From: Nitrosopumilaceae archaeon
GTDB lineage: Archaea > Thermoproteota > Nitrososphaeria > Nitrososphaerales > Nitrosopumilaceae
Assembly (NCBI GenBank): GCA_035631875.1
Contig: DASQHX010000009.1
Location: 269,281 to 301,280, forward strand
Direction: 5' to 3'
DNA length: 32,000 nucleotides
Below, piece after piece: positions 9,027 to 17,568 of this stretch. Each line of letters opens with the position of its first letter. Positions within the stretch are counted from its first letter, which is position 1. Made by a program: the position numbers and the translations under genes. Under the pieces are notes generated by a model. That model had not been told where the DNA came from and made no database searches. It worked only from the letters and a program-made list of their open reading frames with translations.

Positions 9027-10121
9027 ATGGAAAGTGAGGCAAAACTAAAGGGCAAACTTAAGACTGGTTTTACAACTGGAACTTGTGCAACTGCTGGTGC
9101 AAAAGCAGGAATTTTAGCAATCCTAAATCAAAAAAAAATTGATGTCGTGGATGTAACTTTGCCTAAAAAATCTAAGATTCAAATTAAAATCTTAAGTTGT
9201 CAATTTGATAAACATAGTGCAAAATGTACAGTCATAAAAGATGGTGGGGATGATCCAGACGTTACACATGGTGCAGAAATAATTACGCATGTTTCACTTA
9301 TAGATAAACCAAATCAGATAGAAATTGATGGCGGTGATGGTGTAGGACGAGTAACAAAGCCAGGTCTTGGTCTTGAAATAAATTCTGCAGCAATAAATCC
9401 AACTCCAAAAAAGATGATAATTGAAAACATTCAGGAAATCGGAAAAGAAATTCTTGAAAAAAATGGTGTAAATGTTATTGTCTCAGTTCCAAGGGGAAAG
9501 GAGCTTGCAACAAAAACGGATAATCCAAGACTTGGAATTATTGGTGGCATCTCAATTTTAGGTACAAGCGGAATTGTGATACCATATTCTACTGCTTCTT
9601 TTGCAGCTTCAATCAGACAGAGTCTTGATGTTACAATCGCAATGGGAAATAATATTGTTGTATTAACAACAGGTGGAAGAAGCGAAGATTTTTCAAGAGA
9701 AATAATAAAACTTCCTGATCATTGTTTTATACAAATGGGAGATTTTTCAGGATATACACTTCAACAATGTGCAAAACGACCAATCAAAAAAGCATATGTT
9801 GCAGGTTTTATTGGAAAACTAACAAAGATGGCAATGGGCGTAAAACAAACTCATGTCAAAGGTTCCAAAATTGACATGAAGTTTCTGTCAGATCTTGCGC
9901 AAAAATGTAATGCAAAAAATGAAACCATCGAGGAAGTAAAAAAAGCAAACACTGCAAGACATGTCTATGAAATTGTCATGAAAGAAAACATTGTAGATTT
10001 TTTTGATGCTGTTTGCTTGGAAGTTTACAATCAACTAAGAAAACATTCTGAAGCCAAGTTTGAACTTGATGTCATAATGTTTGATTTTAATGGTAAAATA
10101 ATAGGAAGGTTTCCTAGATAG
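9027..10121 (+). CDS. cbiD: Cobalt-precorrin-5B (C1)-methyltransferase CbiD
   Basis: The N-terminal LKTGFTTGTCATAGAKAG and GGISILGTSGIVIPYS are typical of CbiD. 364 aa. Confidence 0.9.
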   Translation: MESEAKLKGKLKTGFTTGTCATAGAKAGILAILNQKKIDVVDVTLPKKSKIQIKILSCQFDKHSAKCTVIKDGGDDPDVTHGAEIITHVSLIDKPNQIEIDGGDGVGRVTKPGLGLEINSAAINPTPKKMIIENIQEIGKEILEKNGVNVIVSVPRGKELATKTDNPRLGIIGGISILGTSGIVIPYSTASFAASIRQSLDVTIAMGNNIVVLTTGGRSEDFSREIIKLPDHCFIQMGDFSGYTLQQCAKRPIKKAYVAGFIGKLTKMAMGVKQTHVKGSKIDMKFLSDLAQKCNAKNETIEEVKKANTARHVYEIVMKENIVDFFDAVCLEVYNQLRKHSEAKFELDVIMFDFNGKIIGRFPR

Positions 10122-10156
10122 TAACAAATATCTTTAGTTCTAAAAAAATTCAATGC

Positions 10157-11221
10157 ATGGAAAAAGTTGCCATATTAGCAATTACAAAAAACGGAATTTC
10201 AATTGCCTTATCGCTAAAAAAACAATTTCCTTCATGGAAAATTTTTGCACCATCTAAATTTTCAAATAATGACTCACAAATTGACTGGTTCGAGGACTCT
10301 ACTACCGCAAAAATAGGAGATCTCTTCAAAACTCATGAAGCTCTCATATGCATATTCTCACTTGGTGCAGTGATTAGACTAGTCTCACCTCATATGAAAG
10401 ACAAAAAGACAGATCCTGCAGTAGTTGTCATTGATGACACTGGCAAGTTTGCAATAAGCACCCTTTCAGGACATTTAGGAGGAGCAAACCAGCTTACAGA
10501 AGATATTGCCAAGATTTTGAGTGCAACACCTGTCATCACTACTGCTGCAGATGTCAACAAAACGATTGCAGTTGATTTGGTTGGAAAAGAATTTGGCTGG
10601 AAGATAGATGATGATTCTACTGTAACAAGAGTAAGTGCATTTATGGTAAATGAAGAAAAAATTGGAGTCTATCAGGATGCGGGCGAAAAGGATTGGTGGA
10701 CTCCAAAAAAAGAATTTCCAAAGAATGTAACTATTTACAATAGTTTTGAAGAGTTGAGAAATTCTAATTCTAAAGGATATTTGATAATTTCTGATAAAGA
10801 AATAGAAGACAGGGAATTGTTAAAAAACTCTGTAGTATACAGACCAAAGACTTTGGTTGTTGGAGTAGGCCTACATTGGGACACTAGTAAAGACACAATC
10901 AAAGAAGGAGTAGAATTTTGTATGAAAAAATTTAATCTAAGCCCAAAATCAATTGTAAGATTTTCATCAATAAAAAAAGAATCAGATGTAGTAGGATTAC
11001 AAGAACTGGCAAAGGAATGGAATATTCCAGTAGATTATTTTGAAAAAGAGCAGCTTGCCCAAATTGCCATACCAAACCCATCAGAAACTGTGCAAGCCTT
11101 TGAGGGCACTCCAAGTGTTTCAGAAGCTTCAGCACTACGAAGCTCTGGCGGAAAACTAGTAATTGAAAAGCAGAAATTTCCACCAAACTTAACTGTAGCA
11201 ATAGCGAGAATCACAAAATGA
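10157..11221 (+). CDS. cbiG: Cobalt-precorrin-5A hydrolase CbiG
   Basis: Three-part CbiG layout: N-terminal IFSLGAVIRLVSPH, mid VVVIDDTGKFAISTLSGHLGGAN, C-terminal VGVG...SIKKESDVVGLQELA and VSEASAL. Adjacent to cbiD. Confidence 0.85.
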   Translation: MEKVAILAITKNGISIALSLKKQFPSWKIFAPSKFSNNDSQIDWFEDSTTAKIGDLFKTHEALICIFSLGAVIRLVSPHMKDKKTDPAVVVIDDTGKFAISTLSGHLGGANQLTEDIAKILSATPVITTAADVNKTIAVDLVGKEFGWKIDDDSTVTRVSAFMVNEEKIGVYQDAGEKDWWTPKKEFPKNVTIYNSFEELRNSNSKGYLIISDKEIEDRELLKNSVVYRPKTLVVGVGLHWDTSKDTIKEGVEFCMKKFNLSPKSIVRFSSIKKESDVVGLQELAKEWNIPVDYFEKEQLAQIAIPNPSETVQAFEGTPSVSEASALRSSGGKLVIEKQKFPPNLTVAIARITK

Positions 11222-11964
11222 AAAGAGGATTATTACTAATAGATAGAGGTAGTAGAGAAGACGAGGTAAAAGACGAATTAAGATACATTTGCTCTAAAGC
11301 CAAAGAATCTGGGGGTTACCAATTCTCAGATTATTGCTTTTTGGAGGTGGTTCCACCCTTTATTGAGGAAGGTATGGAAAATTGCTTCAAACAAGACATA
11401 GATGCCCTGACAATTGTTCCATATTTTTTGTACCCTGGAAAAAAAGTCAAACTAGCAGTAAACAAGGCAATTGAAATGATATCAAAAAGTAAAATGAAGA
11501 TCAAAATTGCAAAACCAATCACCTTACACAAATCTTTGCCAGATATTGTACATGCTAAAGTTGATGATATTATTACAAAAAACAAGATCACGTTTTCAAG
11601 AAAAGAGATGGATTTGTTACTTATTGGTCATGGAAGCAAGGATCCTAATGCAAAAACCTCTTTGCAATATGTTGTTGACGGGTTACAAGATTCATACCGA
11701 AATGTATCTCTCTGTTGGCTAGAAATAGAAGAGCCCAACATCAAACAAGGAATAGATATCTGTGCTAAAAACAATCCAAATGTATTGGTAATTGTTCCAT
11801 ATTTTTTGCATAGAGGTGCACATGTCAAACGAGATATATATGAAGATCTAAATCCAGCAATGGAAAAATCTGGAATTAAAAATATTTTCATAACAAAACA
11901 TCTTGGTACAGATGTTAAATTGATAGATCTAGTTATAGAAAGAGCAAAGGAAGTTGAGAAATGA
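11218..11964 (+). CDS. cbiX: Sirohydrochlorin cobaltochelatase CbiX, internally duplicated (two-domain) form
   Basis: Two homologous halves: LLLIDRGS...IVPYFLYPGKKV and LLLIGHGS...IVPYFLHRGAHV. ATGA start/stop overlaps with cbiG and cbiC. Confidence 0.85.
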   Translation: MKRGLLLIDRGSREDEVKDELRYICSKAKESGGYQFSDYCFLEVVPPFIEEGMENCFKQDIDALTIVPYFLYPGKKVKLAVNKAIEMISKSKMKIKIAKPITLHKSLPDIVHAKVDDIITKNKITFSRKEMDLLLIGHGSKDPNAKTSLQYVVDGLQDSYRNVSLCWLEIEEPNIKQGIDICAKNNPNVLVIVPYFLHRGAHVKRDIYEDLNPAMEKSGIKNIFITKHLGTDVKLIDLVIERAKEVEK

Positions 11965-12599
11965 TTACTCAGAAGGGCCAATCAATTGAGGACAAGAGCA
12001 TGGAAATAATTGAAAACGAGATAGGCTCTCATTCATATTCAAAAGACGAATGGCCAATAGTTAGAAGAGTAATTCATTCTACTGCAGATTTTGATTTTGC
12101 ACGACAAAACATGATTGTTTTTCATAAAAATTCCATATCAAGCGGCATTAATGCCTTGAAAAATGGCTGTAATATCATAGTAGATGTAAATGGTGTCATT
12201 GGTGGACTAAACAAGGAAAACCTGAAGGAGTTTGGAAACAAGGCAATTTGTAACATATCCGAGCCAAAAATTGTAGAAGAGGCAAAGAAACTCAACAAGA
12301 CACGTGCACAGACCTCTATGCGAATGGCTGCCTCAGAAATGAACGGAGGGGTGATTGCAATAGGCAATGCTCCCACAGCACTAATAGAAGTGATTCAGAT
12401 GATAAAGGAGAACGTAACACATCCAGCTCTTGTAATTGGTATTCCAGTTGGTTTTGTATGTGCAGTAGAATCAAAAGAAGAACTTCAAACAATTGACATA
12501 CCATACATTACAAACAAGGGTCGTAAGGGAGGAAGTCCTTGTGCGTCTGCAATAGTTAATGCGTTGTTCAAGATCGTAAAAGAGAAAACAAAAGGCTAA
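11961..12599 (+). CDS. cbiC: Cobalt-precorrin-8 methylmutase CbiC
   Basis: HSTADFDFA, IAIGNAPTAL and GFVCAVESKE motifs. 212 aa. Confidence 0.9.
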   Translation: MITQKGQSIEDKSMEIIENEIGSHSYSKDEWPIVRRVIHSTADFDFARQNMIVFHKNSISSGINALKNGCNIIVDVNGVIGGLNKENLKEFGNKAICNISEPKIVEEAKKLNKTRAQTSMRMAASEMNGGVIAIGNAPTALIEVIQMIKENVTHPALVIGIPVGFVCAVESKEELQTIDIPYITNKGRKGGSPCASAIVNALFKIVKEKTKG

Positions 12600-12702
12600 C
12601 GAGTTTATCGATAAAGAGTAAAAATGGTTTACCCCCACTTTACTCGTAGAAACATGCTGTTGTCGTAAAACTTTAGGTTAAGTAAAAGATCAACAAGATA
12701 TT

Positions 12703-13254
12703 ATGAAATACGGTTACGCTTATGCATGTATTTCGATATTGATTGTAATGATTGGTACTTTTTTAATTTTTCAATTGGAATCAACAAGGCAAACAACTAG
12801 TTTGAATGAAATCTATAAACCAACATTATCAGATGATCAGGTTACACAAATTATAAGATCTGACTTGTCCAAGCATTTGCCAAATCTTACTAAGGTAATT
12901 ATCGAAGGTAAAGATCCAATTCCAAATAATCTTGATTATCCAAAACATCCACTTCGTTTGTGGTATATTACACCAAATGGCACTCAATTTCTAATAAATA
13001 ATACAAATTATTCTGTAGTATGGAAATGTGTTCCCGAAATTAACTTCTGTAATATTCGTAGTCCATTAGTCCTTCAAGCTTCAAGTGGTAGATTAGTATA
13101 CCTAGCAGATTTAAGCTGGTACACTACGGAAACTCATGGCAATGGCTTCCCAACATATTATTTGATAGATGCGAATGATGGAGAGGTACTTTTCTCAACC
13201 TTACTGGAATCTGCAAATAGCACTAAGCAAATGATAATCGAATACAGACCATGA
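12703..13254 (+). CDS. Hypothetical membrane-anchored, probably extracellular and N-glycosylated protein
   Basis: N-terminal TM anchor ACISILIVMIGTFLIFQL. Five N-x-S/T sequons (NLT, NGT, NNT, NYS, NST) and a Cys pair (WKCVPEINFC). The C-terminal YLIDANDGEVL resembles the end of PepSY-type domains, a weak match. No recognised family. Confidence 0.5.
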   Translation: MKYGYAYACISILIVMIGTFLIFQLESTRQTTSLNEIYKPTLSDDQVTQIIRSDLSKHLPNLTKVIIEGKDPIPNNLDYPKHPLRLWYITPNGTQFLINNTNYSVVWKCVPEINFCNIRSPLVLQASSGRLVYLADLSWYTTETHGNGFPTYYLIDANDGEVLFSTLLESANSTKQMIIEYRP

Positions 13255-13301
13255 CTCTCAAAGGTAAGAAGAACCACTACAACGTAAAATTCCTTCACAA
13301 A

Positions 13302-14657
13302 TTATCTTTTGGAAAATTTGATACAGTTTTGAACAAAATTTCTTGCAATGCGAGGTTGCGCAAAGTGCATGTGCATGTATGAAGCTAATGTGTTGTACTG
13401 CATTAAACCGTCTTTTTGGTTTTTTATACCAATACCAATGGAAAGATCATAGGCAAACTTGGAGTCCTTTGATACTGATTCTAGCTCAGAAAAATGAAAC
13501 TCATGTCCTTGTATGATATTTGAGGTCTTTGCAATAAGACAATCTTTTGTTATTCTAGCCTTGGTATAGTTTAGTTTAAGTTTTTTTTGCATCTTTGTAG
13601 TGGCATCAAAAAGTCCCACCATCTTGAATTTCTTTGAACCATAATCAATGGATCGGGTAAGATACATCAATCCACCACATTCTGCATAGATTGGCATTCC
13701 AGATTCTGCAAGAGTCTTGATATTTTTTTGCATCCTAGAGTTTTTCTCAAGGGCACTGCCTATCACTTCTGGAAAGCCACCACCAATATAGATTCCATCA
13801 CATTCAGGCATCTTTGAATCAGATACAGGACTGAAAAATACTATCTTTGATCCCTCTTTTTTTAGGGCATCCAAATTATCCTGGTAGTAAAAATTGAAAG
13901 ATTGATCCAGTGCGACTGCAATTGTGGTTTTCTGTTTTGGATTTTTTTCTTTAGGAATCAAACCAAAAGGTGGAACTTTGTTCCCAATCTGAATAATTTT
14001 CTTAACATCAATAAAACCTGACATTGCTTTTGCTATCTTTGATATCTTTGATTGAAGTTCTTTTTGCTCAGAGACTGGGATTAATCCAAGATGTCTTGAT
14101 TCCATGAGAAATTCAGGATTACGTGGAATCACACCAACGATAGGAATGTTCAATGAAGAAAGTGCCTGTCTGCAAAGATCTTCATGCTTTTTGCTGCCAA
14201 TCTTGTTTAGAATAAAACCAGAAATTCTAGAATTTTTATGAAATTTCGTAAACCCAAGTGCAGTTGCAGCAATTGATCGTGCAGTCTTGCTTGCATCCAA
14301 AACAAGAATTACTGGAGTTTTTAAAATAGATGCTACGTGATGTGTGCTGGAATAGTTCGAGTCGCCAGAAAATCCATCATAATAACCCATCACGCCCTCA
14401 ATTACAGAAAAGTCAGAATCAAAATTTTTTACAAAGCTCTTAACAATTCCACTGGAACCCATAAGCCAAGGATCCAGGTTTCGTGCAGGTCTGTCAGATA
14501 CAGAACTAAGATAACTAGGATCTATAAAGTCAGGCCCAACCTTGAATGATTGTACAGAATATCCCTTTTTTTTGATTCCATGAATTATTGCACAGCTAAT
14601 TGAAGTCTTGCCAACACCACTTGTAGTTCCAGCAAGCACAATCCTTGGTATTTTCAA
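13302..14657 (-). CDS. cbiA: Cobyrinate a,c-diamide synthase CbiA/CobB (glutamine amidotransferase)
   Basis: P-loop AGTTSGVGKTS. C-terminal GATase with IYAECGGLMYL and GHEFH. 451 aa. TTG start. Confidence 0.9.
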   Translation of the reverse strand: MKIPRIVLAGTTSGVGKTSISCAIIHGIKKKGYSVQSFKVGPDFIDPSYLSSVSDRPARNLDPWLMGSSGIVKSFVKNFDSDFSVIEGVMGYYDGFSGDSNYSSTHHVASILKTPVILVLDASKTARSIAATALGFTKFHKNSRISGFILNKIGSKKHEDLCRQALSSLNIPIVGVIPRNPEFLMESRHLGLIPVSEQKELQSKISKIAKAMSGFIDVKKIIQIGNKVPPFGLIPKEKNPKQKTTIAVALDQSFNFYYQDNLDALKKEGSKIVFFSPVSDSKMPECDGIYIGGGFPEVIGSALEKNSRMQKNIKTLAESGMPIYAECGGLMYLTRSIDYGSKKFKMVGLFDATTKMQKKLKLNYTKARITKDCLIAKTSNIIQGHEFHFSELESVSKDSKFAYDLSIGIGIKNQKDGLMQYNTLASYMHMHFAQPRIARNFVQNCIKFSKR

Positions 14658-14675
14658 TTCTCAACAATATTACGG

Positions 14676-14690
14676 AATTTTATTTAAATG
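14676..14690 (-). promoter_or_regulatory. TATA-like element in the 38-nt gap upstream of cbiA
   Basis: The minus strand reads CATTTAAATAAAATT, centred about 26 nt upstream of the cbiA TTG at 14657. Confidence 0.3.
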
Positions 14691-14695
14691 GATGT

Positions 14696-15916
14696 TTACT
14701 GTTCAGACCTTATACTTTTTACCATATCAAATAGCTGCCTGACAGCTAATTTTGGATGGTGCGTTGCAAGCTTGATCAAATTACTCATACTAAAGTCAGC
14801 TTTTACAAAATCCAAAAATTCTTCCGCTGAGAGCTCTTGGATTATTGCAATTTCCTTGTCCCATTCTTCATCAGATAGACCTAACCATCTGGTTTGTACT
14901 TTGACTGCAGCTTTTATCTTGGAACCTATTGCCTTTTTCCAGTTTTCTTCATATGGTTTTAGGGATTCCTTTGATGTGTCATTTTTTAAAACTGCTTCTG
15001 CACCTACCTGACCTGCTACTCTTCCAAATTCTATTGCATATCGAATTCCTTCTAAGACAAGAGGATTTGCCTGCCCAGCTGCATCACCAACCAGTATAAG
15101 GTTATCTGCAATAGTGGTATGTGTTAATCCTTCATTTGGAATTAATCCATAATGAAATTCTATTGGAACAATTCTACCAAGATTTTCTATTGGACCTGGC
15201 TTTTTGTCAATTAGTTCAAGCAGTCTTTGGGTTGGATCAATTTGTGATTCTGGTTTTCCAACACCAACGCCAATTCTTACCTTGTTTTTTCCCAATGGAA
15301 ATATCCAAGCATATCCGGCTGGAGAATATTGTTGTCCAACCATGAGATGCCACGTTTCTGGATCAATGTTATCAACATATGCTTCAAATTCTGCACCAAC
15401 ACCAAATCTTTTCCATTGTGATACAGTACCTCTATTTTTTCCAATTACTGAATAAAATCCGCTTGCATCTATTACAAGTTTTGAATGAAAAACAAGATCA
15501 TCTTTTATTGATGTAGCCTTGACTCCCACCAATTTTCCATTCTCCTCAAGAATATTAGTCACATTAGTTCTAACAAAAATATCTGCACCTGCATTTGCTG
15601 CTTGATATGCAAGAAACTGATAAGTTTTCCTTACATCCAAGACTGCAGCTTGAGGCTCTGTTCCTTTTATTGTTACACGGTTATTTGGTGAATAAAATGA
15701 ATAATTTCTAATCGGGTTATAACAATCAGAAGGAATACCAAAAGATTTTGCTTCTTTTATCCAAGTAACACCGCTTGTTCTAACTGAGTGTCCTATTGCT
15801 TCTTCTCGCTCAAGTACAGCTACACGTACATCTTTTTTTGCAGCTGACCATGCTGCAGAAAGACCAGCAGGACCACCTCCTACTATAACAATATCAAAAT
15901 CATATTCTCTTGTCAA
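14696..15916 (-). CDS. Geranylgeranyl reductase family FAD-dependent oxidoreductase
   Basis: FAD-binding motif DIVIVGGGPAGLSAA, then VAVLERE and LILVGDAAGQANPLVLEGI (the GDAAG motif of the GGR/FixC family). It has the about 90-aa C-terminal helical extension seen in archaeal GGRs. TTG start. Confidence 0.8.
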   Translation of the reverse strand: MTREYDFDIVIVGGGPAGLSAAWSAAKKDVRVAVLEREEAIGHSVRTSGVTWIKEAKSFGIPSDCYNPIRNYSFYSPNNRVTIKGTEPQAAVLDVRKTYQFLAYQAANAGADIFVRTNVTNILEENGKLVGVKATSIKDDLVFHSKLVIDASGFYSVIGKNRGTVSQWKRFGVGAEFEAYVDNIDPETWHLMVGQQYSPAGYAWIFPLGKNKVRIGVGVGKPESQIDPTQRLLELIDKKPGPIENLGRIVPIEFHYGLIPNEGLTHTTIADNLILVGDAAGQANPLVLEGIRYAIEFGRVAGQVGAEAVLKNDTSKESLKPYEENWKKAIGSKIKAAVKVQTRWLGLSDEEWDKEIAIIQELSAEEFLDFVKADFSMSNLIKLATHHPKLAVRQLFDMVKSIRSEQ

Positions 15917-16024
15917 ACAATCAACATTTTTTCTTTGATGATTATAAACTACACATTTTCTGTTGTAAAATTATAGACAGTTTTGATCCGAATCTTTTTA
16001 GTTCACACTTGAAACCAAAAATCG

Positions 16025-16558
16025 ATGGGAAAAGATGGATTTGTTATAGTATACACAGGTAAAGGAAAGGGTAAAACAACGGCTGCGCTTGGAATGGCCT
16101 TACGGGCTGTGGGATATAATCACAAAATTTGCATGATCCAATTTATCAAAGGTTCTTGGCATTATGGCGAGATGACTTCATCAAAGAGACTAGAACCAGA
16201 ATTTGAGTTAACTGCCATAGGAAAGGGTTTTGTAGGAATTATGGATGATAAAAGCCCAATCGAAGATCATAAAAAAATTTCTGACGAGGCTCTTCGCATA
16301 GCAAAAGAAAAGATTCAATCAGAAAAATATGATATCATTATACTTGATGAGATAAACTATGCAATCAATCTAAATCTAGTAAAATTAGAAGATGTTTTAG
16401 ATTTAATAAAAATTAAACCACCTAAGTTGAATTTAGTTCTTACTGGAAATTACGCTAGAGATGAAATTATAGAAGTTGCAGATCTTGTTACAGAAATGAG
16501 AGAAATAAAACATCCTTTCAAAGCAGGTATTCGAGCCAAGAAAGGTATAGATTTCTAA
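16025..16558 (+). CDS. cobA: Cob(I)yrinic acid a,c-diamide adenosyltransferase (CobA/CobO/BtuR type)
   Basis: YTGKGKGKTTAALGMALRA, IQFIKGSWHYGE, ILDEINYA, TGNYA. 177 aa. Confidence 0.9.
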   Translation: MGKDGFVIVYTGKGKGKTTAALGMALRAVGYNHKICMIQFIKGSWHYGEMTSSKRLEPEFELTAIGKGFVGIMDDKSPIEDHKKISDEALRIAKEKIQSEKYDIIILDEINYAINLNLVKLEDVLDLIKIKPPKLNLVLTGNYARDEIIEVADLVTEMREIKHPFKAGIRAKKGIDF

Positions 16559-16597
16559 CCAGCAACATTAAATTACGTAACAAAAATTTGAAAAACT

Positions 16598-17398
16598 ATG
16601 ACCACAGCTGTTCAAGAACTCCCAGAGGTTGGCGAAATTATTGTTGCTACAGTTACAAAAATTATGGATCAGGGAGCGTATGTCACTCTTGATGAATATA
16701 ATAATATTCAGGGATTTTTACACATATCAGAAATTGCAACTGGCTGGATCAGACACGTAGAAAAGTTTCTCAAGACTGGAGAAAAAAAAGTCCTTTTAGT
16801 AAAACGAGTAAATACTGCAAGATCTGAAATTGATTTATCATTAAAACAAATTTCAAGTGATCAGAAAAAGAAGAAGCTTCTTGAGTTAAAAAAGAAAGAA
16901 AAAGAAAAAGTCTTAATTGATAGTTTAAAAACAAAAGCAGAACTTTCGCAAACAGAGGCTGAAAAAATAGAAGAGGTTTTGATAAACAAATTTAATTCTG
17001 TTTATGATGCCTTTTCAGAAATAGTATCAAAAGGAATAGTCGTTCTTGACGGTCTTAATTTGTCTACTAAAGTGCTAAAAACTATAGAAGAAATTAGTTC
17101 AAAGATCCAAGTACCTCACGTCGAGATACGTGGCGTATTAGAAATCACATGTACCAAACCTAATGGCGTTGAAATCATAAAAAAAGCACTCCTTGATGCT
17201 GTTGAAAATAAAGGAGTCAATGTGGAGATAATCTACATTGGAGCTCCAAAATACCGAGTGACTGTTTCTGCTCAAAATTTCAAGACAGCTGAAAAAGAAC
17301 TAAAACCGATTCTTTCAGAAATTCAAGATACTATAGAAAAGAAAGGCGGGACCTTCAAATTCACTAGGGAAGAATCAAAGAAAACACGTGAGGGATAA
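16598..17398 (+). CDS. eif2a: Translation initiation factor aIF2 alpha subunit
   Basis: N-terminal S1 domain GEIIVATVTKIMDQGAYVTLDEYNNIQGFLHISEIA, followed by helical and alpha-beta domains. 266 aa. Followed by nop10, as in many archaea. Confidence 0.9.
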   Translation: MTTAVQELPEVGEIIVATVTKIMDQGAYVTLDEYNNIQGFLHISEIATGWIRHVEKFLKTGEKKVLLVKRVNTARSEIDLSLKQISSDQKKKKLLELKKKEKEKVLIDSLKTKAELSQTEAEKIEEVLINKFNSVYDAFSEIVSKGIVVLDGLNLSTKVLKTIEEISSKIQVPHVEIRGVLEITCTKPNGVEIIKKALLDAVENKGVNVEIIYIGAPKYRVTVSAQNFKTAEKELKPILSEIQDTIEKKGGTFKFTREESKKTREG

Positions 17399-17400
17399 AT

Positions 17401-17556
17401 ATGCGATTTCAGATGCGTAAATGTCCTGAATGTAAACGATATACACTAAAAGAAGATTGTCCAAAATGTGGTAACAAAACTGTAACAGTTCATCCTGGAA
17501 AATATTCTCCAGATGATAAATATGCAAGATATCGAATTTCTGATCGTTACAAATAA
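17401..17556 (+). CDS. nop10: H/ACA ribonucleoprotein complex subunit Nop10
   Basis: Hand translation (not in the track, 51 aa): MRFQMRKCPECKRYTLKEDCPKCGNKTVTVHPGKYSPDDKYARYRISDRYK. It has a CxxC...CxxC Zn ribbon plus the HP.K(F/Y)SP.DKY..YR signature. It starts 2 nt after the aIF2alpha stop. Confidence 0.85.
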   Translation: MRFQMRKCPECKRYTLKEDCPKCGNKTVTVHPGKYSPDDKYARYRISDRYK

Positions 17557-17568
17557 CTTATTTTGTAT

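Noticed and set aside
11628-11981. 117-aa minus-strand ORF and other antisense ORFs over the cbi genes (10932-11201, 11331-11591, 12122-12376, 12316-12504)
   Set aside because: They are antisense to cbiG/cbiX/cbiC, whose own frames carry clear family signatures. The shadow ORFs have no recognisable motifs.
14688-15011. 107-aa plus-strand ORF, plus 15121-15345 and 15204-15455
   Set aside because: They are antisense to the GGR-family gene, which has intact FAD motifs. I treat them as spurious.
15936-15990. TGATGA (C-box-like) in the GGR/cobA divergent spacer, considered as a C/D box sRNA
   Set aside because: No CTGA D box at an appropriate distance, no terminal stem, and no C'/D' pair. The spacer is better explained by two divergent TATA-like promoters (GTTTATAATCAT on the minus strand, TAAAATTATAG on the plus strand).
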